42,386 nt of DNA, from assembly GCA_009886115.1 (NCBI GenBank), contig VFJJ01000060.1:1-42386 (forward strand), read 5' to 3'. Origin of the DNA: Actinomycetota bacterium. GTDB lineage: Bacteria > Actinomycetota > Acidimicrobiia > IMCC26256 > VFJJ01. Of this stretch, positions 18,024-26,754 are shown piece after piece; positions within the stretch are counted from its first letter, which is position 1; the number at the start of each line of letters is the position of its first letter. The notes beneath the pieces are model-generated. The model saw only the letters and a program-made list of their open reading frames with translations, did no database searches and was not told the origin of the DNA. The translations under genes and the position numbers were made by a program.

Positions 18024-19514
18024 TCAGCCCGCTCCCTGACGTTCGGGCCGCAGCCCGCGTCGATCGAGCCAGCGGGCGTGACGGGCCAGGTGCTCGAGAG
18101 CGGCCACGGCCCGGTTGGCCGATGCGTAGCAGAGCCGTCCCGAGGCCCGCACCGCAGCCGGACCAGCGTTGTCGGGGAACGCGACCGCCAGCTCGGTCGC
18201 GGTGAGGATGGGCTTGCCCGTCTCGTCCGAGATCTCGGCCGCCGCCTGCGCGAAACGGGCGTCCTGGCGCTCGTGGTAGGCGACGATCCGCTCCAGCCCG
18301 TGGTCGGGGTAGAACCGCGACTCGCGCATGAATCGGGCCTGGTTCGACTGGATCCCCAGCCCGAGGTAGACGATCGCATCGACGTCGGGATGCGTGGCAA
18401 CGAGGCGCATGACGTCGGGGACGGTATCGCGCGTCTCGCCGCCTGCGAGGTCGACCGGGTTGCTCTTGGACCATCGGGGCGGCAGGTGGGCGTCGATCGC
18501 CTCCTTCAGATCGTCGGGGAGCGCGATGAGCTCGAGGCTCGACCGGGTGATGGCGTCGGCGGTGACCACGCCCCAGCCGCCGGCCGTGGTGAGCACGACC
18601 GTGCGGGGGCCACGCGGCAGCGGCTGGGTGGCGAAGGTGGCTGCGGCCTCGAATGCGGCCTCGACCGTGTCGGCCCTGATGGCCCCGGCCTGGCGGCACA
18701 TCCCGTCGAAGACCCGATCGTCGGCCGCCAGGGCCCCGGTGTGGGACGCCGCCGCGTGCTGGCCACCAGCGGTCGCGCCGCCCTTGAGCACGACGACGGG
18801 CTTTTGGGCCGCGACCGCAGCCAGACGGTCGAAGAACGCCCGGCCGTCGGGGAGCCCCTCGACGTAGACGAGGCTCACCGCGGTCTCGGGGTCGTCGGCG
18901 AAGTACTCGAGGTAGTCGGCGATGCTCGTGGCGGCGGCGTTGCCGGCGCTGACGGCCCGACTGATCCCCACGCCGGTCTGGGATGCGACGTTGAGGAACG
19001 ACGACACGAAGTTCCCCGACTGGCTGGCCACGGCGATCCGGCCGGCAGGCGGGTACGGGGCCACGATCTGGGCACACATCGACGCCGGTGTCGACACGAC
19101 TCCCTGGCCGTTGGGTCCCGCGAGCACCATGTCGAGCTCGTTGCACAGCGCGACCAGCTCGGCCTCGGCACGGCGCCCGTCGTCACCGGCCTCGCCATAG
19201 CCCGCGGTCGTCACGAACGCGGCCTTCACGCCTCGAGCTGCGCACGCTCGGAGCAACTCGAGGTTCGCTCCCGGCGGCGTGCACACAAAGACCAGCTCGG
19301 CACCACCGTGGGGCAGCTCGTCGATCGAGGTGAGCAGCGCAACGCCGAGCACCTCGCCCCCGTCCCGGTTCGTCGCGAACACCCGACCCTGATACCCGCT
19401 GGCCAGGATGTTGTGGAGCGCGACGAACCCGAACTTCCCCGGATGGCTCGACGCTCCGGCCACGACCACGCCACTGGGCTCGAACAACGACGCCAGCCGG
19501 TGCCGTGCGGTCAT
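18024..19514 (-). CDS. ADP-forming acyl/acetate-CoA ligase, alpha subunit (CoA-binding and ligase domains)
   Basis: VVVAGAS..PGKFG, TAGYGE, GPNGQG, SQSG, SAGN, ASHTGAL (phospho-His), NPVDL. Confidence 0.88.
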   Translation of the reverse strand: MTARHRLASLFEPSGVVVAGASSHPGKFGFVALHNILASGYQGRVFATNRDGGEVLGVALLTSIDELPHGGAELVFVCTPPGANLELLRACAARGVKAAFVTTAGYGEAGDDGRRAEAELVALCNELDMVLAGPNGQGVVSTPASMCAQIVAPYPPAGRIAVASQSGNFVSSFLNVASQTGVGISRAVSAGNAAATSIADYLEYFADDPETAVSLVYVEGLPDGRAFFDRLAAVAAQKPVVVLKGGATAGGQHAAASHTGALAADDRVFDGMCRQAGAIRADTVEAAFEAAATFATQPLPRGPRTVVLTTAGGWGVVTADAITRSSLELIALPDDLKEAIDAHLPPRWSKSNPVDLAGGETRDTVPDVMRLVATHPDVDAIVYLGLGIQSNQARFMRESRFYPDHGLERIVAYHERQDARFAQAAAEISDETGKPILTATELAVAFPDNAGPAAVRASGRLCYASANRAVAALEHLARHARWLDRRGLRPERQGAG

Positions 19515-20164
19515 CGCCCGCTCCCGTCGACGACCACGAGCGCATCGACCGCGACGGGGAGCCCGTCAACGACGATCAGGGGATTCACGTCGACCGAGAC
19601 GATGTCGGGCCGATCCTGTGCGAGCTGCGAGAGAGCCACGAGCACCCGAGCCACGGCGTCGCGATCGACGGGCGGCTCGCCCCTGAAGGAGGCGAGCAGG
19701 GCCTGGGTCGACAGGTCGTCGAGCATCTCCCCGGCGTCGATCTCGCTGATCGGCACCAGCCGGAACGCCACGTCGGCGATGGCCTCGGCGAAGATGCCGC
19801 CGATGCCGAGCATGACGCACGGGCCGAACTGCGGGTCGCGGTGCACACCGGCGATCAGCTCCCGATTGCCCTTGACCATTGCCGCGACGAGGACGCCCTG
19901 GACGTCGTCGTCCGGCTCGGCCGCCGCGAGCAGCTCGGTGGCAGCCCGCGCCACCGCATCGTCGTCGGCCAGACCGAGGCGCACGAGTCCCCGTTCGGTC
20001 TTGTGGGCGATGCCCGTCCCGCAGAGCTTGAGCGCCACGGGGAACCCGACGATCCGGGCTCCGTCGACAGCGCCGGCGGCGTCGATCGCCAACCGTTCGG
20101 CCGGGACCGGGACGCCCCGCTGGGCGAGCAACATCTTCGAGTCGTGCTCCGAGAGCGTCATCAC
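19511..20164 (-). CDS. ADP-forming acyl/acetate-CoA ligase, beta (ATP-grasp) subunit
   Basis: LSEHDSKMLL, GFPVALK, AHKTERGLV, RDPQFGP, DVNPL; GTG 20164 lies 7 nt after TAGGTT (leaderless pattern). Confidence 0.88.
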   Translation of the reverse strand: MMTLSEHDSKMLLAQRGVPVPAERLAIDAAGAVDGARIVGFPVALKLCGTGIAHKTERGLVRLGLADDDAVARAATELLAAAEPDDDVQGVLVAAMVKGNRELIAGVHRDPQFGPCVMLGIGGIFAEAIADVAFRLVPISEIDAGEMLDDLSTQALLASFRGEPPVDRDAVARVLVALSQLAQDRPDIVSVDVNPLIVVDGLPVAVDALVVVDGSGR

Positions 20165-20174
20165 CGCATGGAAC

Positions 20175-21827
20175 CTAGTTTTCGTGGGGGTCGCGCAGCG
20201 GTGCAGCGATGCTCTGGAGGGCCTCGATGTACTCATCGCGCAGCAGCCGCTTGAGCAGCTTTCCGGCGTCGGTGCGGGGCAGCTCTGAGCGGAGCTCGTA
20301 GCTCCTGGGGCGCTTGTAGGCCGCCAGCCGGGTCTGGAGGAAGGCGTCGAGCCCGACCGCGTCCACGGTCGAGTGCGGCTGGAGGGCGACCACGCAATGC
20401 ACGGCTTCGCCCCACTCGTCGTCGGGGACGCCGAAGACCCCGGCGTCGAGCACGTCCGGATGCTCGTGGAGCACCGCCTCGATCTCGGCCGGGTAGATGT
20501 TGACGCCGCCCGAGATGATCATGTCCTTCAGGCGGTCGCAGATCGAGACGAACCCCTCGTCGTCGATCAGGGCGACGTCGCCCACCGAGAACCACCCGTC
20601 ACCACCTCGGTCACCGTCGGTCGGCACTTCGGAGTCGCTGTCGCTGCCGGCACCGGGAATGGTCGCGAGCTGCTCGGACGAGCGGTGGTAGCCGTCCATC
20701 ACCAGCCGACTCCGGATGAACAGCTCGCCGGGCTCGCCGACGGGGGCGTCGGAGCCGTCGGAGCCCACGACGCGCACCTCGATCGAGCCGTAGGGGCGCC
20801 CGCAGGATCCGGGCTTGCGCAGCTGATCGGCCGGTTCGAGGATCGTCGTGACCCCGATCTCGGTCGAGCCGTAGACCTCGAACAGGAACTCGGCACCGAA
20901 CCGCTCGATGATCTGCACCTTGAGCGCGTACGGAACCGGCGCCGCGTTGACCACGAGCGAGCGCATGCTCGAGAGGTCGGCCCGGGCCAGCTCGTCGACC
21001 GGAAGCGCCATGATCCGCTTCATCTGCGTCGGGGCGCTGAAGGTGTTCGTGACGCGGTGCTGGGCCACCAGGTGCAGCCAACGCCGGGCGTCGAAGCGGC
21101 GGAGCACGATCACGGTCTGACCGCTCGAGTGCGCAAGCGACGCCCAGGCCAGCGGACCGGAGTGATAGAGGGGCCCGGTCGTGAGGTGCACGTCGCCGGG
21201 TCGGCCGAGCCGGAGCGTGTCCATCATGACCGCCACCGTGGCCGGGTCGCTCCTGGTTCGGAGCGCGCCTTTCGGATGACCGGTCGTTCCCGACGTGTAG
21301 ATCATCGCGGCACCGGCCGAGGCCCCGGACACCCCGGGCTCCTCGGCCGAGCATCCGTCGATGAGTTGATTCCACCCAAGCCAGCCGGGTGGTCGGGGCG
21401 TGCCATGTGCACCAGTCGCTCCGAACACCACGACATGGCGCACCTTGGGAAGGGCGTCAGCCACCTGGGCCAGCACATCGGCGTGCTCGGCGTCGATGAA
21501 GACCAGCGCGGCATCCGAGTTGTCGATGACGTAGCGCATCTCCTCGGCGACGAAGCGGTACGACAAGGGCACCGCGGTCAACGAGGCCTTGCGGGCCGCA
21601 TGGACGACGACCAGCAATTCGAGCGAGTTGGGGCCGCACCACACCACACGATCACCCGGTACCGTCCCCAGGCGGCGCATGCCGGCAACGACCCGGTTCA
21701 CCAGGGCGTTCAGCTCGGCGTAGCTCGTCGACGACGCACGGGCGCCACCGCTTCCGTCGACGACGACGGCCCGCGTGTCGGGCTGTGAGGCCGAATGCCG
21801 GGCGAGGGGGTCGATCGGTTGACTCAC
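20175..21827 (-). CDS. AMP-forming acyl-CoA synthetase (AMP-binding family)
   Basis: YTSGTTGHPKG, GPLYH, YGSTE, GD, DRLKDMIISGGVNIYPAEIE, LPRTDAGK; SD GAGG before GTG 21827. Confidence 0.92.
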   Translation of the reverse strand: MSQPIDPLARHSASQPDTRAVVVDGSGGARASSTSYAELNALVNRVVAGMRRLGTVPGDRVVWCGPNSLELLVVVHAARKASLTAVPLSYRFVAEEMRYVIDNSDAALVFIDAEHADVLAQVADALPKVRHVVVFGATGAHGTPRPPGWLGWNQLIDGCSAEEPGVSGASAGAAMIYTSGTTGHPKGALRTRSDPATVAVMMDTLRLGRPGDVHLTTGPLYHSGPLAWASLAHSSGQTVIVLRRFDARRWLHLVAQHRVTNTFSAPTQMKRIMALPVDELARADLSSMRSLVVNAAPVPYALKVQIIERFGAEFLFEVYGSTEIGVTTILEPADQLRKPGSCGRPYGSIEVRVVGSDGSDAPVGEPGELFIRSRLVMDGYHRSSEQLATIPGAGSDSDSEVPTDGDRGGDGWFSVGDVALIDDEGFVSICDRLKDMIISGGVNIYPAEIEAVLHEHPDVLDAGVFGVPDDEWGEAVHCVVALQPHSTVDAVGLDAFLQTRLAAYKRPRSYELRSELPRTDAGKLLKRLLRDEYIEALQSIAAPLRDPHEN

Positions 21828-22046
21828 ACGAACCTCATCAGAATGGAGAACACCGCGGACCACGGTGCGACATCGCGCCATCAGGGCGCCGGTAGCCTAC
21901 CGACGTGCCGAGATCGTTTGAGGTTGTCGAGTGCGCGGTCCGTGACGAGCCAAACGACGCAATCCAGAGCGATCGGGCGGTCCGCTGAGCGCCTCATGCC
22001 CCTTCGCCAGTTCAGGTGGAGCGGGATCGGAGCCGATGTCTCATCC

Positions 22047-22805
22047 GTGGCTCTGCCCGACCTTCAGCCGCCGTTTCTCCGCGGCCTCGACGGGGCTCGC
22101 CGCGTGATCACGGTCGTCATGCCGGCCCACAACGAAGAGGATCTGCTCGCCGAGGCGGTGGACGTCGTCGTCTCGGGCCTCGAGGCCGACGGGACCGACT
22201 TCGAGATCGTCATCGTCGAGAACGGCTCGAAGGACCGGACCTGGGGCATCGCCCAGGATCTCGAGCGCGCCAACCCGCGGATCAGGGCCCTCCAGTCACC
22301 CGAGCCCGACTACGGGCGGGCGCTGCGAGCCGGCTTCATGGCCGCGACGGGCGACGTGGTCGTGTCGTTCGACGTCGACTTCTGCGATCTCGACTTCCTC
22401 CGCGCTGCGGTGGCAACGATCGAGCAGCCCGGCGGCCCGGCGATCGTCGTCGGCACCAAGCGTGGTGCCGGCTCGAACGACACCCGTCCCTTCTCCCGGC
22501 GGCTGGTGACGGGGGTCTTCTCCCGGCTCCTCACGGTGGGCTTCGGGCTCAAGGTCTCCGACACCCACGGCATCAAGGCGTTCCGGCGTTCGGCGGTGAC
22601 GCCCATCGTCGAACGGTGCGAGTTCGGGACTGACATCTTCGACACCGAGCTCGTCCTGCGGGCCGAACGGGCGGGGCTGCTCACCGACGAGATCCCGGTG
22701 GTCGTCGAGGAGCGGCGCCCGGCCCGGTCATCGATCGCCCGGCGCATCCCTCGCACCCTCAAGAACCTGGCCCGGCTGCGGATCGCGCTCTGGCGCCGGC
22801 CCTGA
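22047..22805 (+). CDS. Glycosyltransferase family 2 (DPM/polyprenol-phosphate glycosyltransferase-like)
   Basis: VVMPAHNEE, IVENGSKDRT, YGRALRAG, FDVD (DxD), SDTHGIK, FDTEL; start uncertain. Confidence 0.88.
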   Translation: MALPDLQPPFLRGLDGARRVITVVMPAHNEEDLLAEAVDVVVSGLEADGTDFEIVIVENGSKDRTWGIAQDLERANPRIRALQSPEPDYGRALRAGFMAATGDVVVSFDVDFCDLDFLRAAVATIEQPGGPAIVVGTKRGAGSNDTRPFSRRLVTGVFSRLLTVGFGLKVSDTHGIKAFRRSAVTPIVERCEFGTDIFDTELVLRAERAGLLTDEIPVVVEERRPARSSIARRIPRTLKNLARLRIALWRRP

Positions 22806-22846
22806 CCGCCGTCCGCCGCCCGACGGGTGCCGTAGCCTGACCGACC

Positions 22847-23596
22847 GTGGACCTCAACGACCCGGCAGCCGTCAGACCCCAGGTCGCGCTCTTCGTGACC
22901 TGCACGGTCGACAGCGTCGCCCCGAAGGTGGGGACGGCCACCGTGCGGCTCCTCGAAGCGGCCGGCGTCGAGGTTGTCGTGCCCGCAGCGCAAACCTGCT
23001 GCGGACAGCCCGCGGCCAACAGCGGTGCCCCCGAGGCCGCCGCCGTCCTCGCCCGTCACTTCGTGGAGGTCTTCGAGCCCTACGAGACCATCGTCTCCCC
23101 ATCGGGATCGTGCGTCGCCATGGTGCGGCACTGGTATCCCCGGCTCCTGTCGGGGAGTTGGCGGACCCGGGCCGAAGCCGTCGCCGAACGCACCCACGAG
23201 CTCACGGCGTACCTCGTCGACGTGGCCGGACGGGCCGATCTGGGCGCCGTGATCGACGGGGGCCCGCTGACCGTGCACGACTCGTGCCACGGCCTGCGCG
23301 TCCTCGGGCTCGGCCATGCCGCTCGGGAGCTGTTGGGCGCCGCCGGTGCCAAGATCGTCGAGATGGACGATCCCGAGGCCTGCTGCGGCTTCGGCGGGAC
23401 GTTCGCGCTCAAGCACACGGCGGTCTCGACCGCCATGGCCGACGCCAAGCTCCGTGACTCCGCCGCGACCGGAGCGGCCTGCATGGTGGGCGGCGACGCC
23501 GGCTGCCTCGTGCACCTCGAAGGTCGCCAGCGGCGGTGCGGCATCGGTCCGGCCGTCCGCCACATCGCCGAGGTGCTGGCCGAGGCACTCCCGTGA
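22847..23596 (+). CDS. lutA: Lactate utilization protein A (CCG-domain Fe-S oxidoreductase)
   Basis: FVTC, QTCCGQP, SGSC, HDSCH, CCGFGGTF, GCLVH; TAGCCT 8 nt upstream of the GTG. Confidence 0.9.
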   Translation: MDLNDPAAVRPQVALFVTCTVDSVAPKVGTATVRLLEAAGVEVVVPAAQTCCGQPAANSGAPEAAAVLARHFVEVFEPYETIVSPSGSCVAMVRHWYPRLLSGSWRTRAEAVAERTHELTAYLVDVAGRADLGAVIDGGPLTVHDSCHGLRVLGLGHAARELLGAAGAKIVEMDDPEACCGFGGTFALKHTAVSTAMADAKLRDSAATGAACMVGGDAGCLVHLEGRQRRCGIGPAVRHIAEVLAEALP

Positions 23597-25113
23597 CCCT
23601 CGCCGCCCGGGCTCCCGCCGCGCTGGCCGACGAGCACCTCCAGCAGGCGCTGGGCCGCATCACCGACCGGTACCGCCTCGTTCGCGCCCGCGCCCGGGAG
23701 ACGCCCGACACCGACGACCGCAAGCACCGGGCCGGGGCGCTCCGACGCGAGATCCTGGCCGACCTCGACGGCTGGATCGACAGGGTGACCAGCTCCCTCG
23801 AGCGGGTCGGAGCGGTCGTGCACCGTTGCGCCACCGCGGCCGATGCGGCCGAGACCGTCGTCGCCATCGCCCGTGCGGAAGGCTCCCGACTCGCGGTCAA
23901 GTCGAAGTCGATGGCCACCGAGGAGATCCATCTCAACGCCGCCCTCGAGGCGATCGGCGTCGAGGTGATCGAGGGTGACCTCGGCGAGTACATCGTCCAG
24001 ATCGCCGGCGAACGGCCGTCGCACATCATCACGCCGGCCATCCACAAGACCCTGGGCCAGGTCGCCGATCTGTTCAGCCCGCTGGCCGGTCACACCCTCC
24101 CCGTCGAGCGCGAGGCTCTCTGCGCCTTCGCCCGCGATCACCTGCGCACCAAGTTCCTGAACGCCGACCTGGGCATCACCGGGGCCAACTTCGTCGCGGC
24201 CGACACGGGGACGATCGTCCTCGTCACCAACGAGGGCAACGGTCGCATGGCCACGACCGTCCCCCGGGTCCAGGTCTCGGTGGTACCGATCGACAAGATC
24301 GTCCCCCGGCTCGCCGATCTCGGGGCGATCCTCCCGTTGCTCACCGAGCACGCGACGAACCAGTCGATCACGGCCTACCTGTCGATGACCACCGGGCCCC
24401 GGCGGGCCGGCGAGATCGACGGGCCCGAGGTGCTCCACGTGGTCCTGCTCGACGGGCACCGCCGCGATCTGGTCGGTACTCCCTACGAGGAGATGCTGGC
24501 CTGCATCCGGTGCGGGGCCTGCCTCAACGCCTGCCCGGTGTACGCCAAGGTCGGTGGGCACGCCTACGACTCGGTGTACCCGGGGCCCATGGGGTCGGTG
24601 CTCACGCCGTTGCTGTCGGGCGGCACCGAGGGACGCGACCTCCCGTTCGCCTCGTCGCTGTGCGGCGCCTGCACCGAGATCTGCCCGGTCGGCATCCCGT
24701 TGGCCGACCTCCTCGTGCGCCTCCGAGCCGACCTACGCACGCCGGGTCCGGTGGTGCCCGCACGCGTGGGCCGCACGCCGCCCGGCAGGGCCGGGCCCCA
24801 GGCCGGCCCCGGCCCTGTCAGTTCCCCGGGCACCCGTCCGCCGGCTGCGGGTTTTCCGTGGCCGGGCGCCGACGCCGCGCTGTCTCGCCAGCCGTGGTAC
24901 CGCAGCCTCGGCTGGAGCATCTGGGCCCGGGTGTGGAGCCGGCCCCGGCTGTACCGGGCCACGCTGGCCCTCGGGCGGCTCGTGACGCGGCGACGAAGCG
25001 GCTGGTGCCGTCGGCTTCCCGGCTCAGGCGGCTGGACGGCGACGCGCGACCTGCCGAGCCTCGCCCAGCCGGGGTTCCGCAGGCTCTGGACCGATCGGGA
25101 ACACCGACGATGA
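23593..25113 (+). CDS. lutB: Lactate utilization protein B (LUD plus 4Fe-4S)
   Basis: VKSKSM, DLGEYIVQ, PSHIITPAIH, TNEGN, CIRCGACLNACP, SSLCGACTEICPV; GTGA overlap with lutA. Confidence 0.93.
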   Translation: MTLAARAPAALADEHLQQALGRITDRYRLVRARARETPDTDDRKHRAGALRREILADLDGWIDRVTSSLERVGAVVHRCATAADAAETVVAIARAEGSRLAVKSKSMATEEIHLNAALEAIGVEVIEGDLGEYIVQIAGERPSHIITPAIHKTLGQVADLFSPLAGHTLPVEREALCAFARDHLRTKFLNADLGITGANFVAADTGTIVLVTNEGNGRMATTVPRVQVSVVPIDKIVPRLADLGAILPLLTEHATNQSITAYLSMTTGPRRAGEIDGPEVLHVVLLDGHRRDLVGTPYEEMLACIRCGACLNACPVYAKVGGHAYDSVYPGPMGSVLTPLLSGGTEGRDLPFASSLCGACTEICPVGIPLADLLVRLRADLRTPGPVVPARVGRTPPGRAGPQAGPGPVSSPGTRPPAAGFPWPGADAALSRQPWYRSLGWSIWARVWSRPRLYRATLALGRLVTRRRSGWCRRLPGSGGWTATRDLPSLAQPGFRRLWTDREHRR

Positions 25114-25751
25114 CCGACGCCGTCTCTCTCCTGTCCGAACGCCTGCGTGCCAATCGCTGCGCCGTCCACGGTCCCGTCGATCGGGGGCATCTCGGTGCGA
25201 CGATCGTCGCGGTGCTGGGGGCCCTCGTCGACAGCCGGCCCGTCGCCTTGCCCAGCGCTCCCGATCCCCTCCTCGACGCTCCCGGCGTGACCGCCGCGTT
25301 CGCGGATTGGCCCGGCTCCGTCGACGTGATCCGTCCCGATTCGCCGCGCTGGCCCGACGAGATCGCCGGCTGCTGCGTCGGGATCGCCGTCGCGACGCTG
25401 GCAGCCGCCGATCTCGGGATCGTCGCTGTCGCCTGCTCCCCCGGCGCTCCCCGCTCCCTCACGTTGCTGGCACCGACGATCCTGCTCGTGGTTCGGGCCG
25501 AGACGGTGCACCACAGCTTCGAAGACGCTTGGGGAGCATTGGCCTCGGGAAGCCTGGCGTCGGGCGCGCTGGCCTCGGGCGTGTCATGGATCAGCGGGCC
25601 GTCGCGCACCGGCGATCTCGAGATGATCCTCACCTGGGGCGTGCACGGCCCCGCCCGGGTCGAGGTCGTCATCGTCACATCCGATCCTCCCGCTGACGTC
25701 ATCGGGGCGGCCGCGGGGATCGACGGGGCCGGCATCGAGGTCAGCCGGTAG
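25110..25751 (+). CDS. lutC: Lactate utilization protein C (LUD domain)
   Basis: PRSLTLLAP, WISGPSRTGDLEMILTWGVHGP; ATGA overlap with lutB. Confidence 0.88.
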   Translation: MTDAVSLLSERLRANRCAVHGPVDRGHLGATIVAVLGALVDSRPVALPSAPDPLLDAPGVTAAFADWPGSVDVIRPDSPRWPDEIAGCCVGIAVATLAAADLGIVAVACSPGAPRSLTLLAPTILLVVRAETVHHSFEDAWGALASGSLASGALASGVSWISGPSRTGDLEMILTWGVHGPARVEVVIVTSDPPADVIGAAAGIDGAGIEVSR

Positions 25752-25760
25752 CGTTGGGCC

Positions 25761-26339
25761 ATGGCGCCCCCCGTTGTCCTGCCCTTCACGCCCGACCACG
25801 CGGCCAACGAGCTCCTGGCCAAGGAGCCCTTGGCGTTGTTGATCGGGATGCTCCTCGACCAGCAGTTCCCGATGGAGCGCGCCTTCGCCTCGCCGGCGCT
25901 CCTCAAAGAGCGTCTCGGGCGCCTCGACGTGAGCGCGATCGCCGAGATGGACCCCGACGAGTTGGCGTCGGTCTTCGTCGGCCCGCCCGCCCTGCACCGG
26001 TTTCCCGGCTCGATGGCCGGCCGAACCCAGGAGGTCTGCCGGCACCTGGTCGAGCACCACGGGGGAGTGGTCGCGAACCTGTGGAATGGGGCAGCCGACG
26101 GGCAGGCCTTCTACGACCGGGTGCGGGCGCTCCCCGGCTTCGGTGACGCCAAGACCCGCATCTATGTCGCGATCATCGGCCGCCGCCTCGGTGTCGCGCC
26201 GGCCGGGTGGGAGGCCTACGCCGCCACGTGGGCCTCGATCGCCGACGTCGACACGTTCGAGAAGATCGGCGAGATCCGCGAGCAGAAGCGGGCGATGAAG
26301 GCCGCGGCCAAGGTCCCCAAGACCGCCGCGGGCGGCTGA
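25761..26339 (+). CDS. HhH-GPD-type base-excision-repair family protein (uncharacterised actinobacterial subfamily)
   Basis: LLIGMLLDQQFPMERAF, PALHRFPGSMA, LPGFG..K (HhH), SIADVD. Confidence 0.85.
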   Translation: MAPPVVLPFTPDHAANELLAKEPLALLIGMLLDQQFPMERAFASPALLKERLGRLDVSAIAEMDPDELASVFVGPPALHRFPGSMAGRTQEVCRHLVEHHGGVVANLWNGAADGQAFYDRVRALPGFGDAKTRIYVAIIGRRLGVAPAGWEAYAATWASIADVDTFEKIGEIREQKRAMKAAAKVPKTAAGG

Positions 26340-26347
26340 GGCCCGAC

Positions 26348-26740
26348 ATGGAGATCGTGGCGGCGTTGTTCGTCGAGGACATCACGTTCCGTACGGTGCC
26401 TGCGGTTCCGAGCCCGTCGACACGCATCGACCTCAAGGGCGTGTTCTTCTCACTCCCGGTCAGCGCGTTCCCTGCCACGATCGAGCCGCATCTCGTGGTG
26501 CTCGTGCGGGTCGCGTCCGAGCACCACGGAACCGGTGCCCTGGTCGTCACCTACCACCGTGACGGACTGGAGATCGCCAGGAACCGCCAGGTGTTCACGG
26601 TCGAGCCCGGGAAGTTCGGGTATCGACTGGTCAAGAGCGAGCTGGTCTTCGACGAGCCGGGGGCCATCGAAGCCCGGTGCGCCATCGACGGCACGCCGAC
26701 GGTCATCACCGTTCCCTTGAGCGTCATTCACGCCGCCTGA
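26348..26740 (+). CDS. Hypothetical protein (predicted all-beta)
   Basis: ATG 26348, 130 aa with alternating hydrophobic pattern; 8-bp and 14-bp gaps to co-oriented neighbours. Confidence 0.7.
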   Translation: MEIVAALFVEDITFRTVPAVPSPSTRIDLKGVFFSLPVSAFPATIEPHLVVLVRVASEHHGTGALVVTYHRDGLEIARNRQVFTVEPGKFGYRLVKSELVFDEPGAIEARCAIDGTPTVITVPLSVIHAA

Positions 26741-26754
26741 ACCCTGGAGGAGCT

